Positions 58,381-64,000 of a DNA stretch of 64,000 bases are shown piece by piece (within the stretch, counting starts at the first letter, position 1; each line of letters starts with the position of its first letter). The DNA is from Vermamoeba vermiformis. Lineage: Eukaryota. The DNA lies in assembly GCA_045837725.1 (NCBI GenBank), contig JBEWZL010000209.1:124001-188000 (forward strand), written 5' to 3'. The notes under the pieces were generated by a model, which ran no database searches, was not told the DNA's origin, and saw nothing but the letters and a program-made list of their open reading frames with translations. The position numbers and the translations under genes are program-made.

Positions 58381-61300
58381 TTACACCTCGTCGCTATTCA
58401 TCTGGACGTTCTCCGCGTCATCGTCTTCATTATTATTGTCATCGCTAGGGACTCCTTCGTCAACACTTAATTCGCTCACCTCATTGTCGCTTACAGGCTC
58501 CGCTTGTTCTTCATCTGCTTCTTCTTCCGCCTCGTTGTCCTCAACAGCCTCTTCTTCAATTTGTGCCTTCTTTTTAGATTTCTTCTTGCTCTTTTCTTTC
58601 TTTTTCTTCTTTTCTTTCTTGGCCTTCTTAGACTTCTTTTTCGATTTCTTTTCATCGTCGCTATTGTTTTCCTCAACTTCTTCCTTGTCACTGACCTCAG
58701 GCTCACTTTGCTCTGCTTCGTTATCGCTGGCATCCGACGCATTCTTTTCTTCTTTGACAACCTGCGAATCAACTACTTGGCCCGACAAAGTCTTGTGCTT
58801 GAGATTGCCGAACCACAGAGCCGTCAATATGCCGTTGGATTTGAACATCTTCTTGATCTTTAACACGAATGACTCCAACGACTTCTTCAACGGTGGAATG
58901 GAGTTCAACAACTTGATGTCTTTGGCGGCCTTCTTGTTTTCGCAGTACCATTGTAACCGACGCGTGCACGCTTGGAAAGCCTTAATGACGTTGATAATAT
59001 CATCGCGGTACTTGGCAAAGTTCTCTGACATCCAAGCAAGATCTTGTACAATTGTATCGCAGATTTTGCGACCGTACTTCATGAAGTGAATGAGTACATT
59101 TGGAGCCTAAAATACGCGTTTAGTCAAGCAATGCAGAGAGATAAACGGTTGTTACTTACTTGGAAGTCCTCCAATAAGGTCAAATCATTCAACTCCTTGA
59201 ACACCAGCGACACCTTGCCGATGAAATCTAAGCCTTCTTTGCCTGCATCAACATCTTCATCGTCGCCCTTTTTCTTCTTTGCTAACTTGTGCGCACTCAA
59301 TAGCTTGGCAATTTCGGCAATAACGACCTTGAAATAGACTTGTGTGTGTGACTTTCTCAGCGGTGACTCGCTCTTGATTGCAAGCTCCTTAGTGATGTTC
59401 TGCAGAGTTTCAACCGAGTCGGTAGCAAACTTAACGTTGGTCTCTAGAATACTAACAACGGCATCTGAAGGGACTTTGAGGTGACCCGACCAATCGCGAG
59501 AGAATAACAACCGTCCTGCGTACTCGGACAGCTTTGAAGCAAGGTCACTTCTCTTTGGATCTGCCGCATCCAGCGCCGTAACAATTGAAGCGAGTAAATC
59601 CAACAAGGCTTTGGAAGAGTCGAATTCGCTGACAATCGGCTCAAATTTCGAAAAGTATTCGAAGCAGTTGACGAGCATAGTTGGTAAAGTCATTTCTGGT
59701 TTTTGTTAGTTCCAGGCAAGTACTAATGCAAAAACTTACTCTTCGGAGGCTGGGCCGATGGTGCTCTACCACTTGCAACATTTAAGATCATGCTCAGTAT
59801 TTCCTATCAAATGTTAATGATGACAGCTTTTTCGAATCAATCTTACCATAAATAGCTTTTGGTGCGACGTGAAGAATACAGGGCAAGCGAAAAGCTTCTT
59901 TAAGCACTCAAGAATGACTCCGATGGATGGATTTAGGAACGGGTCATCATCTTCAGACTCGTTGTCCACTGCCAACTCTTTCAATCGTTGACACAAAGCT
60001 GCAAATACTGGCTTGATAGTCTCCACGGCGTCCATCTTGCTTTTGTACAAAGTCGACCACGTGGGTGGCGGTGCGTTGGCGACTGCTGGGTTGAGTATTC
60101 GTTTGGGGTGTGACAGCAAATAGTCCAGCTTGCCATCAAGATCCTTCACGAGATTGTACACTGATTTCGGCGGTATTTTAATCAACTTATACTCGTCCTC
60201 GGCTGCGGCATCGGTGTAGTTCATTATAATGCACGAGGCTAGCTCAAGTGGGCGTAGAATGTTGAGCGTCGGCGTGTACACGAGATCAATTTGGATTGTC
60301 CTGCATAAATCAGCAAACAGTACTGTTTTTCGTGTATTACTTACTTGTTATCCTCGCCGTCACCTTTAAAGGGAGATTTAATTTTGGGTTTTGATTTAGC
60401 CTTGCTGCTGGGAACGAAGTTCGGCATGAGTCCCAAGTACTTGTCCAGTAGCCTTTCTGCGTCCACGACTTGTTGCAGACGCTTGACAACAATGTCTATT
60501 TTTTCATTAACAATGCATAACAACAACAATAGAGCTCACCTTGAGTCTTGGCATCGGGTTGCTGAGAAAAGATGTTGATTATTTCACGAAGGAAGTTGAT
60601 TGTGTGGAACAGCTCGGCGCACACATCTTCCTTCTCGCTTGGTGTTAGAAGTTTAAATTCATCTTCGTCGTATTCTTTGCTGACTAAGAATGGACATCCA
60701 GAAAGTGCGTCAATGTCACTCAGTAGTGGGTTTAATCTCCTGTTGATGAGCATGTAGAACTTCATTGAGGCAATCATCCACGACAGCTGAGTCTTCTCAA
60801 GCCCTTTGGCTCGTACAAGGTTGAAAATATCCACGGCAATTTCGTAATTTTTCTCGTCAATCACGTAGCTTGCAGCTCCATTCGTTTCTTGTTCTTGGTA
60901 CTTTGGCACAAACATCTTTTCGCCCACAACGTCCAATAAGTTTTCGTTAAATCCAGACAAAACTTCTTCAGCGATGTCGTGCCAATGAACTGCAAAGCTT
61001 AGTTCATTATAAAAGAACTCTTGTAGTTCCTAAAACATTGTTAGTCACGTATGACGGAAGATACATTACTTACAGGCAATCTCTCTACTTTGGTGATGGT
61101 TGCGTCCAATACTTCGCGTGCGTGTTCAAAGTCGATAGAAGGATCAACGTCATTGTCTACCTGCTGCTTTCTGCGCACCATCGACGTTAATTTACTGATG
61201 AGACAGACAGCACCGACTACTCCCATCTTTTGGTATTTGATATCGGGATTCATCAATTGCTTCTTCAACAAGATGTCAAGATCACTGGTAGGCGATGAAT

Positions 61301-63344
61301 CCTATTCTGGTAGTCAGTAAGCTAAAGAGATACTACAGTGCTTACAAATGGGTCACCGAAGTACAGGTCGCAAAAGATGCTGTAGATCTTGCGAATTTGA
61401 TTGATGTTCGTAACGGGAGCCAAGTCGAAGTAATCTAACAGTCCTTGAAGAATCGAAACATATTGCTTCGCCATCGCGTGTTGAGTATTTATAATATCGC
61501 TGAGAGTGGACAAGGCTGCCATTACTTCAGCGCTCTAGTAAAAATGGGGTCAATTCCTATTGTCACGACAGCGAACTACTTACGCTGGATGAGCCAATAT
61601 GAGAGATAATTGTCATCAAGATCTCTTGTTGGAAATAAGGCTCGTGAAAGTCTACGAACAGCCTCTTATACATCTGACAGCCAAACGTTGAATGCGCAGG
61701 ATCCATTGATGACCTGACCAGCATTTGAGCGATCGATAGAATCTCGGGGAATAAACTGCTTTGACATTAGTCGCGCACGTCAAAAGTTTGTAACCCTTAC
61801 GTTCGCAGAGCTTGGGTGTGACCTGTAACGCTCTTTCGGAATAGAACCTCGCCAATATTGCCCGCACTAATTTGCTTCCTAAACACGGGCTCAATCTTCG
61901 TCTTGCAGTTAGCAATCGAGTGCAAGATGTACAACAGCCAGATGTCCAACACTCGGTATCCTCCCTGAACAATTATCATTAGCTGCTGTCCTAAAAAAAC
62001 GGATGTCGACTACTTACGGGTGGCACGGAAGATAGCAATTTGAGGAACGCTTTCGGTAGTTCTTTGTTGTACTTGATGCCTGTTTTCAACGTTTCAAATG
62101 TGAGTACTTCTCCTTCTTTGCTCTTTGAATTGGCGTTGCTCAATGTCTCGACGTTCAAGCTGTCACGCATCTCCTTAGCAACTTTCTCAGCATCGGTCGA
62201 AGCACTTTGCAATATGAATTTCAACAAAACAGGCAAGTCCTCGATTTTGCTGCTGTCAAGCATGTGAATAATGCTACTGCGCACTTTGTCCAACAGTTCG
62301 GGCTTGAGGTTCAGATTGGACAGTGTATCGACAACTGAAACAGTGAATTCTGCGTCAGTCTCCAACATGTTGCGTAGTTCGTCAATAATGAGCTTGAAAA
62401 TAACGTCAGAGAATGGTTTTGAATAACTGAATAAGCGTACCTGATGTCCATAATCATCTACAATCTCCGGAATAAACGACACAATCTCCTTCTTCAATCG
62501 CGGTGTGCACACTGACAACGTCTCCACCAACTTCCTGGCCAAGCCCTCGCTGTCAACGATGTGATCTAACCAACGGAACTGACTCAGAATTAGCCGCGGG
62601 ATATTGTCCTCGATGGCCATTGCACTGCGTTTGTTAGAGTCAAATTGCACGATCATCAATGCCGAACTTACTCGTCGTCGGTCATGTAGTCAGGAATCTT
62701 CTCCAACAAGAAGTCAATCACTGCTGTTTGCGTTGCTGGCACGCCAAGAAACATTTTGACGATACTCTCTTGCCCAACAGCACCGACAGCCATGAAGCTA
62801 ATAAGCTTATTAGAACAACAATAATCATGGCGCAGTATGACTTACGCGGAGTCTTCGTTGGCGCTCGCAATCAACGGGATCAAGGATCGTTTTAGGTTGT
62901 CTTCGTTTGACAGATGCGCGAAAAATGCTTTCAAAACATTTTTCTTAGCATCAGCGTCGCCATTATATTTCTTTTCAAGGCTGCGTTTGGTGGCAGCAGT
63001 CGAGCCTAAATTAGAAATATTAATTTCTGGATGTCGGAATAGGTCGCCTTTCTCTTACCCGTTAAATGCCATTTGCTGCCTCTAATTTTTAAAGAATATT
63101 CCCTCATAAGCTTCGAAAAGTCGTCAGTTGGCGCTGAGCCAGATTCGTCATCAATGCGCCGTTTTTTCGTTGGTGATTGGCCTAAAAATCATGAATTATG
63201 GTTAAAAATATTTTAGATTAATTTTATTTGGTTAAGAAATGGAAAAACAGCCAGGCGCAAGCCTTCAGATCGCGGATCGAAGCTGGATTCAGGCTTTAGC
63301 CGAAGCTTACTTGAATCTGCAGAGCTAATTTCCTTTCTCTTCAT
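58381..63344 (-). CDS. FANCD2: Fanconi anaemia group D2 protein, many introns
   Basis: 'IPRLILSQFRWLDHIVD', 'TRRLQWYC...IPPLKKSLE', 'WFGNLKHKTLSGQVVDSQ', acidic/Lys tail. Confidence 0.92.
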
Positions 63345-63740
63345 GGCTAGCGATTCCTTATGACTCTGCTTTGTTGTCTTCAGCCAAACAAACAAAATGA
63401 AATAATTCGCGCGAGAAATTCTGAGAATAAAGTACAAGACAAAGAACAAACCAAAATTGGTGACTGTTTCTACAAGAATCGCAATATTCAGAGCAACGGG
63501 ATCACTAGGGATGGATCAATGATTCGGCCAATAGAACCAAAAAAACAGCGAGAACCGGACCTAACTCTGCGTGAGCAGTGAACTACTTGTCTTTGTAGTA
63601 CAACCGTGTGGTACTCACACAAGCAGCTTGACACGTCACGTGCATTTTAAAATTGATAAAAGTCTTGACAAAATCAGATCGGGAACAAATTTTTATTTTA
63701 CTTGCTCGGTCATTCATGACAACATAGATAGTAGTCACGA

Positions 63741-64000
63741 ATGTCGAATCAATCAAGTCCCAATAGCAATGTATCACCAACACGGCTGTCGGTCTCAAAC
63801 ATTTGGAAAATGCACGGAGGATCAGTCCACTTATTGATACCCACCGCTGCTCCAATTCTGCTTCCAGAAAATACTAATACACAAACCGGTCGCAATAATG
63901 TAAATAATAATAATACGATTTCAAACAATTTTGTCAATAATTCTGTAAATACTCCAAATCAAATACCACAAGTTGTAAATAAGAATTCCAGCGGGAGTAT
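63741..64000 (+). CDS. Possible 5' end of an Asn/Ser-rich protein gene, divergent from FANCD2
   Basis: ATG at 63741, frame open to the window end (MSNQSSPNSNVSPTRL...NNVNNNN). Confidence 0.5.
   Translation, partial: MSNQSSPNSNVSPTRLSVSNIWKMHGGSVHLLIPTAAPILLPENTNTQTGRNNVNNNNTISNNFVNNSVNTPNQIPQVVNKNSSGS

Noticed and set aside
1-64000. Functional gene cluster or alternative genetic code
   Set aside because: Neighbouring genes are functionally unrelated, and the ORF breaks I examined are explained by introns under the standard code.

Overview
Gene-dense eukaryotic DNA, not prokaryotic. It holds about 29 protein genes with many short (about 45-100 nt) GT-AG introns and tiny intergenic spaces. 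The content (Roco kinase, tandem TKL kinase, Zn2Cys6 factor) suggests a free-living amoebozoan-like protist, but I cannot name the species. Recognisable genes: ABCD transporter, PIG-C, ACBP, Roco, pelota, LYRM1, CCDC93, FHA-dual kinase, PDHB, SAHH, HscB, UBFD1, PHD protein, PDI-like, HAD, p24, ABC half-transporter, Zn-cluster TF, Asteroid/FAM120-like, MED13, MIS12-like and FANCD2. Main unusual signals: (1) a highly iterated dyad TGACA-NN-TGTCA with a CACGTG core that fills introns, UTRs and codons of many genes but avoids 5' ends; (2) a 3-kb CpG-depleted repeat island (about 19.0-21.9 kb) with inverted repeats and three tRNA T-arm/B-box copies; (3) two U12-type introns; (4) an inverted, internally deleted duplication beside a TFIIB-like orphan gene; (5) unusual domain architectures. 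Gene models were spliced by eye, so boundaries are approximate, and family calls are from motif recognition, not database searches.
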